From the human T2T-CHM13v2.0 reference genome, Homo sapiens, in the NCBI RefSeq assembly GCF_009914755.1, contig NC_060947.1: a stretch of 64,000 nucleotides of DNA; one strand, given 5' to 3'. Positions 33,385 to 48,627 of the stretch are shown here, in pieces. The position numbers and the translations under genes were made by a program. Within the stretch, counting starts at the first letter, position 1. The number at the start of each line of letters is the position of its first letter. The notes below the pieces were generated by a model, which did no database searches, was not told the origin of the DNA, and worked only from the letters and a program-made list of their open reading frames with translations.

Positions 33385-33560
33385 TAGCTAACCCTGTAGA
33401 TCTTACTGTGTGCTAGACATTTTTCTAAGAGGGTTTTTATATATGAACGAGTTAATCCTCACAGCAATCTTTTGAAGTATATGCTATTATTGGTCCCATT
33501 TTACAGTTAGGGAAACTCAGATACAGAGGATTTAGCTTGCCCAAGATCACATAGTAAGTG
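33385..33560 (-). mobile_element. MIR
   Basis: cccattttacagttagggaaactcagatacagagg. Confidence 0.8.
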
Positions 33561-33709
33561 TATAATTGCTTTTAAAATCAGAGCATACCCATTAAATATA
33601 AAGGTAAATATTCCAGAGAAAGTCTGAAAATGTTGACAGTTTATATCACTCAAATATCTACCGTAGCCAAATAGAAATGTGTATAAAATAGGGCATAAGA
33701 AGGAGTGGT

Positions 33710-33990
33710 GGGCACGATAGCAAATTGGAGAGCATGGATGATAAACTGGAGAGCTACAGCCCAGCTAAACATGGCTAGTGAACTACAATTGTTGTGGCCC
33801 GCTAGAAATGCTGTCTCCGTGTTATCAGATCATCCAAGTTTGGAAAGGATCTGAAATCTGGATTCATAAGTGAAACCTCCAGGTTATTAAATATTTGGCA
33901 TTTAATTAATTTTTAAGATAAAATGTTAGTGGGCTTGAGAAAACACATCAGTCACTGTGTTTGATATATCCTGAGAGCCACCAGTTCATC
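33710..33990. mobile_element. hAT-Charlie MITE (MER103C-like)
   Basis: gtgttatcagatcatcc, gaaatctggattcataagtgaaacctcc, aaaacacatc and gccaccagtt resemble MER103. Confidence 0.6.
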
Positions 33991-35110
33991 ATTCCATCAT
34001 TATACAGAGGCATTTATTGACTTTTCCCAAATGTCTAATAATCTGAACTCAGAACGAAATATGTAGTAGCTAAAAGTCACTTTCCCTCAATAATAAATAT
34101 TGCTTATAGCTTAGTGGGTTGATTTCAGTGCTAAGATATTCATTTGAAGAATAAACACAGGAACATGTGAAAATCAAAGTCTAGCAACCTATTTTCAGTT
34201 TGTTGCTTTAGCTTTTCAGCTCCAACATTGTGAGCATCCCTACGTTTAGTCTGAATAACTTCTCATGGACTGTGGCTGTCTTATTTTATGTCTCTAATAC
34301 CAGATTATGAAAATCACAGAAAAAAGGAAAAAATATTATTTCCAAAGAGTAAGTTATGAAGCCATGTTAGAAACCCATATGACAATATGAATTTCTTTTA
34401 TCTGTCAATCTCAAGGTAGAATTCCTCATATTTCTGATAATGCCAAATACCATGAAATGTCTCAAAAAAGACTTGACTTTATATACCAGTTGTTTGTCTT
34501 GCTGCCTCACTTCTTCCTTTCTTTTCTTTCTCCCTTTTATCTGCACCCAAGTTATTTCTATTCTGTGTTTTATTGGTTCTTAATATATTATTATCCTTGA
34601 TCTCTAGTCCTATCATAACTTCATTTTTTGTACCAAATGTTGCTTTGTAACATAGAGAACTTAAATGCCAATCACCTATTAACAAGCTAATAAATGTCCT
34701 GGCTAGAAGTGTCATAAATGGTGAAGGGTCTTGACACAATACCATGTGAGGATTACTTAAATAGATTAGGGAAATAAATAATATGTAGGGAAAATATAAT
34801 AGCTATGCTGAAATATTTGGAAGATTGGCAATGAAGAAGCTATAGTGTTTGGCTAGTTTGAAAATTTATTCTGACTTGGAACGTGTGGAAGCTATGAGAG
34901 GTAGAGTTTAGTTTAACAAGTGAAAATATCTCTTCATAAAGAGATTAACCTAAAAAGTATAATGGATACCTCAAAAAATAGTATGTTATAGAGAAAGTTC
35001 CAGAATTGTCAGGCAGAAATAGTTAACCTCTGAATCTGTGCTCTGTCTCCAGAAATCTAGACAGAAGCTATTAAGTAATATTATCATTTAAGATGATTTT
35101 TATGACATGA

Positions 35111-35431
<321 letters not shown>

Positions 35432-35747
35432 AGCCAGAGGACATTATTTTATCGACAGCAACTACAAACATTGAAAGAGACTACAACATAAACTGTTATT
35501 ATTAGAGACCAAGGGTTTGTTGCTAGATAAGAATATGAATAAATACCATATTCTCTTGTATTGAGCTTGTTTTTCAATAAGTCACTGAACAACAATAATT
35601 AAGCAATGAAGCCAATACATCTAGAGAAAAAATTTAAGAAAACATCACAATGTTTCAATAACTATTTCCATCTATACATATTTCACACATTATAAAATAA
35701 TCAGTTATATCACATGGTTTTATTTTTAAGTTCAAAAAGTCTTCATA

Positions 35748-36044
35748 GGCTGAGCTCAATGGCTCACACCTGTAATCCTAGAACTTGGGAGGCCAAGGCC
35801 AAGGCAGGTGTGCTTGAGCCCAGGAGTTGAGACCGGCCTGGGCAACATGGCAAAACCCCGTCTCTACAAAAAATACAAAAATTAAGGCATGGTAGCATGT
35901 GCCTGTAGCCCCAGCTATTCAGGAGGCTGAAGTGGAAGGGTCACTTGAGCCCCATGGATGTTGAGGCTGCAGTGAGCCATGATTGTGCCACTTCACACTA
36001 ACCTGGGTGACAGAACGAGATCCTGTCTCAACAACAACAACAAA
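35748..36044 (+). mobile_element. Alu (AluJ)
   Basis: J-type motifs, (CAA)n tail, TSD gtcttcata. Confidence 0.95.
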
Positions 36045-36373
36045 TGTCTTCATAGCACTTTCTCCCTACTCGAGTCTTCCATAAAGCTGTTGAAACACAT
36101 GCACATTATATCTGTTTTTTAGCACTCTATCTGGTAATAGTTTGTCAAATACGTGCTGGACTCACTATTTTAACCCATATTTAACCCAAGGTTGTGGCAA
36201 TTATCAAAGAAAATCAAGCAACATTACTGAACAAAAAAATATTTTCTATGTTGAATTATGTAGTTAATGTTCCATCTTCTCTTTGCTTTCCTATCCAGGT
36301 CTAGCTTTAGGTACATTACAAAGTGAACTGGGAAGAAAATGCTGACATTTAAGTGGTTCTTGTTGCATGTTTA

Positions 36374-36751
<378 letters not shown>

Positions 36752-37228
36752 TTAAATAACTACGAACTAACACATAGTGCTTTGCAAGTGAAGTGGAAAT
36801 AAATTCTTAAACAATTATATTTAATGCAAAAAAGAATTATAAAAAATCCCTATAAAGAAAATAATGTAGACTGCATTATAATCTTAGTCTGTGGCCCTGA
36901 AAATTTTAGTCACTACCATTAGTCTCTACAGACTTAACCATGTCATGCTTCAGTGTTCGCCAGTTGTCAAGAAAAAAATGTTTCCTGGAGAAAATGAGAA
37001 CAGTCCTACCTTTAAGCAAATTGATTTTGATGCCTTTTGTCCTAGAAATGCACTTGTACTTTATTAATGTTCTTATGTGGATCATTTTGTTTTGCTGGTG
37101 ATTTTTTCAGGTAATTCTGCATGAGGGAGACAGCAGTAAAGAGGGGAGTAGTAAAGAGGGAAGATGTAGAAAAAACACTGCTGGATTTAGGGTAGACATA
37201 GCTTGAATTACTCAAAAGCATATTCCCC

Positions 37229-37520
37229 TTCAGCTTTATTGAGATATGATTGATGAATAAAAAAGTATACATTTATGGTGCACTACATGATGATTTTATA
37301 TGCATATACATTGCAAAATGGTTACTACCATCAAGCTAATTAACATACTCATCACCTTACATAGTTAACTTTTTTTTGGTGGAGAGGACATGTAAGATCT
37401 ACTCTTTTTTTGTAGTCTACAGTTTATAATTATACAAAACAGTGTTAACTGTAGTCATCATGCTGTCCATCAGAATTCAAGAACTTATTTATCATATAAC
37501 CGAAAGTTTGTACCCTTTGA
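37229..37520 (-). mobile_element. L1MA (MA8/MA9-like) 3' end
   Basis: cagctttattgagatatgattga, caagctaattaacatactcatcacct, gaaagtttgtaccctttga. Confidence 0.85.
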
Positions 37521-37743
37521 TATTTCACTGTCTTTTTTCAGCATGTTTTTAATATGTTTGTACCTTTTTTTTTATTTCATATTTTGTGATTCCTCTTCAA
37601 TCTCTTTGCTTTTACTCTACAGGTTTGGCTTAGGGGAAGTGTGGAGATGTTGGTCAAAAGTGTATTTTGATTTAAGTTTGAAATCTTTCCCTCTATTTTC
37701 CTTATGGTCGTCGTTCGTTTTTCTACATGAAAGCAGAGAAATA

Positions 37744-37746
<3 letters not shown>

Positions 37747-37792
<46 letters not shown>
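37747..37792. repeat. (AT)23 microsatellite
   Basis: Pure AT run. Confidence 0.97.
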
Positions 37793-37795
<3 letters not shown>

Positions 37796-40700
37796 CATAC
37801 ACAGACACACATGTATATGAATGACACTTTTTTGCATTCCCTGTTTTGCCCAAAGCTGATAGTGAACTGTTATGTTAGAATATGAGATGAAACATCTGAT
37901 TCAGGTCAGCATGCTCAAAACAAATTGTAGGGCTTCATTTCCTGAAGTCTTTTTCTTATTCATTTCATCCCAGAGAAATAGAAGCCCTCTCATAGCTTAA
38001 ATTTGAAGCCTAGGTGTCAACAGAACCGGTCACTATGAAAGTACAACTGTAATTAAGTGGTCTGCAGGTCATCTCAACATTACTGCATTGTATAATGTTC
38101 TGGGGTGCATATCTCAAGCTCTTTATTTCTGTTTCTTCCCTACACCTATGTCAGCTTTTTCACTGTGCAATAATAACTCCTATTTATCAGTAAAATAGAT
38201 GTTTTAAAACATGATATTCTTAAAGCTAGTTTGACAACTTAAAAATAGGGAAATATGTTAAACAGATATGTTTTTAAATTTTCCGTACGTTTCCTTTTAT
38301 TTGCCTACTCCCCACTATTGTAGATTATTTAAAACTGCCCTCTGTCCAAATTGTATCCTTTTGGAGAAAGCATTTTAAGTAGGAGAATCCATTAAACGCT
38401 TTTTTCTAAAGCTCAAACTGAGAGGAAAACTTTTACATTTAATTAATGAGAATTCAGCTCTTTAAAAGTTTGATGACTTTTCAAACTTATATAATCTGAT
38501 TCCATCTCTGGGGAGGAAAAAAGACATTTTGGTTTTATTAAAGAAGAAATGACCAAAAACATTGACCACACGTTTGCTGTTAAAGATAACCGTACTTAAT
38601 TCAACAGAAATGGGTTTTTCACCGAGTCTAAATGACCTGCAGCATTATAGAATTGGCTGCCATTCTCTCTCAGTCAGAAATCAGGCTGTGGAAAGCCAGA
38701 ACTCTTCTCTACATCTAGTACAAAGATTGTGCTTAGGGTTTAAATAAAATGAAAAGAATAAGGTGGAAAATTAGAATATGTTGAAGGTTGAAAGATTTGA
38801 TTCTGTGACTTTTACATAACTCAGGAAGGAAATAACCCAATTCCTCTCCACATTTAGTGAAAAAGCAACTCAAAACCATAGAGGCTGAGAACTTTCTCTG
38901 CATGGCTTTTCAAACGATTTATATAAAGATGTTGGAGAAATTCACAAAGACCTGGATAATGTTGGAAAATCTTGTGTTTTGAAGACAGGACAGAGCTGTA
39001 TGATGCAACAATGCCATCTATTGGCTTCCAAGGAATGGCACTGACCACAGCTAGTTTGTAGTGTCTGGAAAAGGAAGAGATTATCAGTTTGGAACATGTG
39101 AATATAAACTTATTAATGAACTAGATGCTATCTTTCGTATTCTTTACTCCTGAATGTGGAACTATACATGATGCATATACCACACACATATAAACATAAT
39201 GCATAGAGATATGCTCACCTGCATCTTCAACAATCCTCTCCTTGATGCTAGAAGATGAGCTTGCCTTATCATCATACTGATACAGTAGCTGGGTTTTGTC
39301 TTCCTGTGGACTAGTAGTTGTCATACAAGAGGATGTGTTTTTACCAGAACTCTTTATTCAGGGTGTTACTCATGTCTTAGTCTCCCCTGCTCTGCTAATC
39401 CCAACTGTTACTGTAATTTCTAAGCACACTCAGACAAAAACGTACAGGACTGGGGCTTCTCTCAGTTGAGCCAAATCAATTCTACTTCCAGATATTGCAA
39501 TCCAGAGTTTGATAGAGAATTTTTGGCTGCTTTGAGGAAAGAATAAAACATTTGATTGTGACTGTCTTAGTTTCCTTGTTTGCCCTTTAAGTTCATTAAA
39601 AGATACGTCCTATAAGAGTCAGTTGTGAAACCTGTGCAATCATTTGAAATGAGAGTATAGATTTAAAAATAAATACATGCCTGATATTTACATGTGATTT
39701 AGAAAATATACAGGGAGTACACATATTATTTCAAATAATATTAATACTAAGAGGCTCAGAAGTGCCATAACCTAAAAACAATAAAGACATCAAAATTGTT
39801 TCCCTAAAATGGAACTAGAAGTTAATAAAGCAATAGTTCCAAAAACTTTTTGTTTTTAAATATTGAGAAAATACAAAACAATAAGGATTTTGTTGGGCAA
39901 TAAATTGGGAGGCATTTTCCCCTGATTTTCTTAAAGATGGTCAAAAAAAGTAAAATAAAATAATAGGTTCCCAAAATTCTTCCATTGTATGTAGTTTTTA
40001 GGTTGATGGTTGCACATGTGTAGTATAGTTTTTGAACAACCATTGCAAATAAAAAATCTGTGCTAAAAATAACCTTTTTATTTAATAACTCCCTTCTCAT
40101 TTTCATCAATTTGATCACTTGCTTTAATTCATGGGGGTTCTAGGTGGCACTTCAACTGACTGCTACTGATTAGTAATTTAACTAATTGATTGTCAAATTG
40201 TAATTATTGCTATGCAGCATAAGTGTTTACTTGAGGATAGTAAGGAGTAGCCAAGTCTTTCTTATTTAAAACACTTACACTAATAAGACTCTAGTCAAAC
40301 AAACATATTTATTTGAATACTGTGGCTCATTTGAAAGCAGAATTAAGTTATAAAACAATAACCCATTGTATTGTTTCTGCTTTCTGAGTAAAAACAAAAT
40401 AGCACACTGTTTCCCAAACTTAAGTGCTTCTAGGCCCACCTTGTCTATGTCTGCCATGTCTGATTACTAACTGTGGTTTATACACAATATATTTCCTTAA
40501 GTTGACTCTCATTTTTTACTGAAATATATTTTCAAAGGAAATTTTATATCACTTTCATAAATGAAAAAAACTAGAATATCTATAAATAGTAAACAACCAT
40601 TTAAAAATTGATCATAATACTACTGTTTTAATTAATATAATAAACCATTATTACATCTAATTGATTTATCAAAAATGAAATAACTTCTTCAGGATTAAAA

Positions 40701-41130
40701 AAATATATGTCATCAGTCAGCAATAATGACATGTTTGGCTTAATTTAAGTTAAGGAAAGGTTCTTGGTTAACAGGAAGTTTCTATTTTTAGTTCTAATGA
40801 TGACTAGCAGTGAGAATCACAATTTGCATATGTAAGTTTTGAAAAAAATAAACATCATTTAACTAGTTATTGTGATAGTGTTGGACACTGAAATCAATCC
40901 TGGCAACATGTTGTGAGTGACTTTGACTCAGCAAATCTTTGTGTCAAGAGGCCATTTGAAGCTTCTGCTCTTTAGAATGGGCTACGTTATTTAATAGAAT
41001 CTATATTAACCAGTCATTACTGCCATGTTGCTTGGAAACTGCAAAGATGTTATATCAAGTTACTTAGCCATCTTTTCATAAATTTTCATTAAAATATGAC
41101 TGCCAAACAAGATCAATCAGGTGACCTTGA

Positions 41131-41518
41131 TATATTAGGCTTTTCTCATATTGCTATAAAGAAATACCTGAGACTGGGCAATTTATAAAGAAAAATGGTT
41201 CAATTGGCTCACAATTCCACAGGCTGTACAGGAAGCATAAGGCTGGCATCTGCTTGGCTTCTGGGGAAGCCTCAGGAAACTTACAATCATGGTGGAAGGT
41301 AAAGGGGTAGCAGGCAGTTCACATGGCCAGAGCAGGAGGAGGGGGGTGGGAGATACCAGTTACTTTTAAATGACCAGAATCTCAAGAGAGCTCACTCACC
41401 ATCACTAGAACAGCATCAAAGGGGAAATCTGCCTCCATGATCCAGTCACCTCCCACCAGGCATTGGAGATTATAATTCGACATGAGATTTGGTGGGGACA
41501 TAGATCCAAACCGTATCA
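41131..41518 (-). mobile_element. MaLR solo LTR (MSTA/MSTB)
   Basis: ttgctataaagaaatacctgagactggg, ggaaacttacaatcatggtggaagg, gagatttggtggggacatagatccaaaccgtatca. Confidence 0.93.
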
Positions 41519-41624
41519 CTTTGTTATTGGTAGTTGTTTGTGGGTTGAAAGCATGAATGATAGAAAGACATGTTCTCAGGATGCAGGCTGGGATAAAGTA
41601 GAAGAACACGTTCTATAAAGGAAC

Positions 41625-41850
41625 ACTTATTATGTGTTAGGTACTATGCTAAATATGTTACATTAATTATCATCTCATTTAATCCTCACTACAACCTTCC
41701 TAGGTAGGCATTATTTCTACTCCTACTTTGCAGCTAGGGAACTGAGATCAGACAAGGTGAAGTGATTTGATTAGTCTCTTAAGTTAAACTTACTGCCTTG
41801 GTGAGCAATGGTAAGGTATTAGATGCTACAGGTCTGCTGCATACCCAAAA
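41625..41850 (-). mobile_element. MIR
   Basis: ctcatttaatcctcactacaacc and gggaactgagatcagac. Confidence 0.75.
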
Positions 41851-42009
41851 TCCTGAACTTTGGCTCCAGGCCTGGTCTGTGGGTCCCAAGAAACCAAAGT
41901 GTAGGCGAGCCTAGCCCTGAGGGATCATTCCCAGGTTTCTCCTCAACCCTTCTTGCCCAGCCTTTCCCTGGAAACCCAATAGCAGAGAGCATAATCAAGA
42001 ATGTATAAA

Positions 42010-42190
42010 TGTGATTATAAGGAGCCAGAGCAAGAAATATTTCTTTTTTCTTCCTTACTGTCTACCTCACCTGGTTTAATATTCCCTACCACCTCATTCT
42101 CACAGTCTATGCACCTATACTTTAGTCTGGGTACCCCTAAAAAATTATTTCTTGTACCATGAGTGTGCATGCCCCCCTTTGGGATCACTG
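42010..42190. mobile_element. hAT-Charlie DNA transposon end fragment
   Basis: gtacccctaaaaaattatttcttgtacc ... ccctttgggatcactg resembles a Charlie/MER113 terminus. Confidence 0.4.
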
Positions 42191-42440
42191 ACGATTAAAA
42201 CCAGTTCCAAATTTACAAGCCTCTTGGGATATGTTTGACTCCCATATAAATGTAGCTATTTTATATATTTTTGTGTATATATGCCCATTTTAATATATGA
42301 TGAAAATGAGTTCTCTAAAAATGTTAAAATATGTAATGCATTTCTGAAATTTACAATGAGTGCCTTTCAATTCACTATGGCATTGTTATAAGGCGGATTT
42401 TTAGTTGTATCGTAGTTGATAACATATTGGTTTTCTTTTA

Positions 42441-42817
<377 letters not shown>

Positions 42818-45800
42818 TTAATAGAAAACACACCTAAAAACTAAAAAAAAAAAAAAAAAGAAAACAACTACTGATCTCACTGCCTGGTATTAACTACTTT
42901 TAAGATTTTTGTGTATATCTTTCTCCATTTACATTGATTTTTAATTTCAGTTAAGTGAGAATTCCATCTCTTTTTTATAGCTTTCACTTTAGGAGTAATT
43001 TACTTTAGTTGAGAATTTCACATTCATGTATCTTAAAGTCCTTTCTCTTTTTGGATTATATTATTATTTTATTTTTAGTATAGACAAAGTATTCTTGCTT
43101 CCCCAACAAGATATGGAAATTCATATATTTTGACAAAATATGATGCTATTTTCCATGTAAAGGACAGATATGTTTTCTTTGATTTCTTTTTCTCATAGAC
43201 TTGTTTATCATTTCTCTTGCTCTAAATTTTAGAAAGGTGTTGTTTTTGCCTTCCTGTTAGGCTTCACCTGAACAGTTATAGTGATGGTGTGGAAGGCAAT
43301 TCTTACTATATTAGTCATTTGATGGTAGTCTGCAACTTCAGGGGCTCTGTCTTAATAGTTTTACATTGCTATAATTCAGTGGCTTTGAGGTCTAGCTTAA
43401 TACCCAAATTACTAATATATTTAGGATTGTTGAAACTGCAAATGTTCAAGCTTTACCTCAAACAGTCCACAAGATATTCCCTAGGCTTCAGGGTTTGAGA
43501 ATCCTCTAAATGAACAAAGCCCATTAATCCATGCTGTATCATAGTGACTGACACATGGTAAACTCAATAAATTTATCTATTTTAAGTTAATAGAATTCTG
43601 GCAAGATTATCTGTTCATTGCATGTATAACATGGTGACCTTAATCTTTTGGGTAGAAATAAATCAGCTATCACTTATGATTTTCTCAAGGAATAATGGTA
43701 CCTTTTCAAAAGGATAGGTTTTATATACTATGAGATGTCCTGATATAATTTGAATTCATGGCAATACTGCATTTGCCTTTTTTTTTTTTTTTACCATCTT
43801 TCAAGAGGGCTGCCTAGAGATAAGAATTTAAGGGCCATGTGTTGTATTTTTGCTAGTACCTTGAAAGAAGTTTTTGCTTTGTTTTTAATGGCAATACAAA
43901 TAAAATCCAAAAATCCTGGACACATATGATAAGTTCAGTTGTTTATTTGAAAAGTAAATGCCTCACATGCCTTGCTCATACCACTTTAAAATGGGATTGA
44001 TTGATAAACACAAACTCTAACTCTCTTACATTAAAGAGTATCAACACTCTGAATTTTTAATTATCTTTGATAATCCCCATGAACATTTTTAGGACTCACA
44101 CGTAAAATAGTCAAGTCTATTTCAAGTTATGTCAGACAATGCTTTTTAATATACTGTTCAGTGCAGCACCCTACCAAAAACTAGTCCTGTGGTTGCTTTA
44201 TCTAATTGTGCCTTGGTAAGGGATTTGTTAAGAGTGGGGAAAAAATACCCCCAGAAATGCTTTAATTAAACAGCTTCAAATACAGCCATTGTTCTTACAA
44301 CAGAATTGTGTAAGTCTTCTCCCTGAAGAGAAATATTGCTGTAGCCAATATAGCTATACAATTAGTCTATGTATATTAATGTAAATATAATTTCATTATA
44401 AAAATGCTTACTCGTACAGAATCTAATTTTTATCTGATTATTTTTTCAAACACTGGCCAGTCCCATGAGTGAAAATACCTATAATGTAAGGTCAGTTGCC
44501 AATTATAAAAAACATTGTTTAGATGGAAACCCAGGGTATTCACCCAATGTGGTTATTACTTGTGCTTACATAATGAAATTTGATCAGCTTGTTTTAAAAT
44601 AATCTATTTAGGTCCTAGTATTCACAATATCTCTTCCCAGAAATAAAGACTTCCTTGAAGAAAGTAAATGATTTGAACTGGAAAAACATGTAAGAAATTT
44701 AAAAAAATTAAATATATATTTATTTTAATATATGTATGAAGAAAGTTTTTCAAGATGTTATGATGAAATTGATTTTCTTTGAGGTCCAAAATGGCCTTTA
44801 CATGAGGTATAGGACTAAGATTTTAGTAAAAAGCACGTACCTTGGTCATCACAGAATTGTTGGGAATCATTCAGAGACCATGTAGAAATGTTTCCCAGGG
44901 TGAGAAAGACTGAACCCTAGACTAATATTGGCTCTGCCAAAAATAAAATAAAATAATTTTTTAAAAATTAAAGAACTTATGGAGGGCACACCCTTTCATT
45001 CTGTGATTTCCACGTCAAGAGGTCTCAGTGGAGCATACATCTGAAACAAATCATTTAAGCTATAAATTTAGTCACTAAGATCATCTTTAGATCCAACATT
45101 GATATGTTAATTTATGAAATCAAAAAGTAATATACTTTATAGCTTCCTCCTAAATCTTAGAAGGTACTGGAACACCCATACTTTGACCATTCTTTTACGT
45201 TCACTAAATTTCCTAAGAGTGTCATGGAAACAGAAGAGGAATAGAAAATCTATCAGGTAACCCTGCCCTACCTGGCAAATTTTTGTGTTGTAGTTGCTTT
45301 TGTTTAACATTTCTTTTATCAGTTAATTATACGCTGATAGAGATTTTAGATGGACTCTTGGAACTCCAAGAAAAAAGAGGTTCTGATTCAGATGCTCTTG
45401 GAAATATAGACACATTTGAGTGTCTTAAAAGCATACACGAGACAAGGTCTATTTTCCAAAGGTGCAGAGCAAGTACTGAAGCTTCTCCACTTGAAAACAA
45501 CAGTATAAAAACTACCATTAAGGCCATTTGTTCATTTGCCCAAAGTATCCAAGGAGTTGTTTAAGCTTTCAGCCCCTTATGCATTTCCATCAAATATGAA
45601 TATGTGTTGCTCCTTCTAGTAGTTAAGACCAGTGACACCCATTTCTTCCTTGATGGTCTATATTTTATTGGGTATTTAATTACAGAGCAATCAACTACAC
45701 TGAAAAAAAAATAACTTGATTCAGTTAAGTTCTTACCCCACAATGCTCACAGGCTTTACTGATTATACACCACCTCTTATGTGCAATTGTCTTTGGACTA

Positions 45801-46452
45801 ATCAGATGTGATGGGCTTAATGTTGTTTTTAAACCCTAACAAATCTGGTCATAGGCAAAGCAAACCTGCTAAAGATGAAGGGACTAGATTTAAATGACCT
45901 TGCTGACTTCCAGACCCTTCTTTTGATCGTGGGCAGAATGGATATGCTCTTGTTGTGGAATATAACTATGTATGGATTTATAAAAGTTTGTCAAATGAAA
46001 GTTGAAAGTTCTATATTCACTTTACCCAATTTACTAGAAAGGGAACCAATTTTCTCGTTAATTACAGGCTGTTAGAAAGGCGTAATGAAATTTCACAACT
46101 GTCCAACTGGTGCTTGATGAGAAGATTACTATCTATGGATGAGGGTTATGTCTACAGTTCTTTAATCTTTCCTTTCTTTCTTTTTTTCCTCTATAGTGTC
46201 TCCTCTGTTTCTCCCAAACATCTGCTCTATTCCTTTTGATGTCCTGTTAGTCATCCCCATTCCATGCCACTACCACTGCTCTCCTTTTACACTTCCTTTC
46301 TTCTGTCTTGTGTCTTCTACTTACTCATTGCATCCCCTGAATTGTTGTTGTTGTTGTTATTGCTGTAGTTTAAACACATATTGACCTCCATGGTTACCCT
46401 GTTCACCTTTTGTGTCAATTCATCATTTTACAATTATTATAATGTATCATTT

Positions 46453-46507
46453 TATTTATTTGGAAATAATATTTATTTGGAAAAATGTATTTATTTGGAA
46501 ATAAATG
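46453..46507. repeat. Three-copy ~18-bp tandem repeat
   Basis: tatttatttggaaa core at 46453, 46470 and 46488. Confidence 0.85.
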
Positions 46508-46529
46508 TTTCATTTCCAAGTTTCATATT

Positions 46530-46697
46530 AGAGCTTGGATACTCAACTTGTGGTCCTTGGACCAGCAGCTGCAACATCACCTAGGGACTTGTTAGAAATG
46601 CAAAACCTCAGCCTCTACCCTAGGCCTTGAGTCAGAATCTGAAATTCAAAAAGTTACTGAGGTCACTGGTGTGCACCTGAGAGTTTGAGAAGCACTG
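46530..46697. mobile_element. MER5A (hAT-Charlie MITE)
   Basis: tgtggtccttggaccagcagc, cttgttagaaatgcaaa, agtttgagaagcactg. Confidence 0.88.
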
Positions 46698-46873
46698 TGT
46701 TGGAATACATTCTCATTAACAGAAGAATTTACAAAATAGTGTTAGTTATTTGGTATTTAATGAGGAAAATGGTAAAAGATGTTTAGTCCTTTTTTTCTCA
46801 TTACATTGGAAGCATATGAGGATGCAGACATCCTTCTTAACTATTTAATAATGTTTTAAAAACTTTAATGTAT

Positions 46874-47186
<313 letters not shown>

Positions 47187-47429
47187 TTAACGTATGATGG
47201 TATTAGCTGTCATTTAAAGAAGATTTTTAATCAGTAGGTCTTGCAAACGTTACGATTTATCACATGTATACAGTCAAAAGACACAGGTAAAAATAAACTT
47301 CAATTATTTCCTTTGAAGTCTGAAGGCCATAAATTATATTATATTGATGTTTGGTTGATAAATCAATTATGTTTGATTATTAATAATACTATTATAGGTA
47401 GTGTTTGTGGAAAATTTACTATTTGACAA

Positions 47430-47630
47430 ACAGTGTACAAAACACTTTATAAAAGTTAACTTATTTGGTCCTTACAATAACATTACTAAATTTCAAAATT
47501 ACAACTTTCATTTTCAGAATAGGAATCTGAAGGCAAGTTTCATAGCTTAAATAGTGGGCAGAACTGAGATTTAAACCCAAGTCTGTCTCATGCTACAACT
47601 GCAGTTTGTAAATCCCATGTGTTATTACCT
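47430..47630 (-). mobile_element. MIR
   Basis: cattttcagaataggaatctgaaggc and gcagaactgagatttaaacccaagtctgtct. Confidence 0.65.
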
Positions 47631-47929
47631 CCGTTAGTCGATAATGTACAGTTTAGTTCATCAGCTATGCTAGTGATAGAAAACAATGATACCATAACAG
47701 CAGCAAATTATAGGCATTTGTAAACTTTTCAGAATGAAAGTTGGTAGTTCTTTTAATAATCTCACTGGAATAAATAATCTCCCTTCATTTTAGTCTTTTT
47801 ATGTTAGACACGTTTTCTCCATAATTTCTAAGACCTTCAAAACATTGCAATTATATATTATTAATTATTAATAGCTTTTATTTGGTAACTTTGTAATTAT
47901 ATTTATATGAGTTTCTCTCCTCAGTATTA

Positions 47930-48625
<696 letters not shown>

Positions 48626-48627
48626 TG

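Noticed and set aside
38860-39050. Coding-looking stretch after an acceptor-like site
   Set aside because: Frames are closed by stops; it loosely resembles a decayed CR1/L3 3' end but too weakly to call.
46453-46507. Three short direct repeats as a possible CRISPR-like array
   Set aside because: No real spacers, AT-rich unit, mammalian context; an ordinary tandem repeat.
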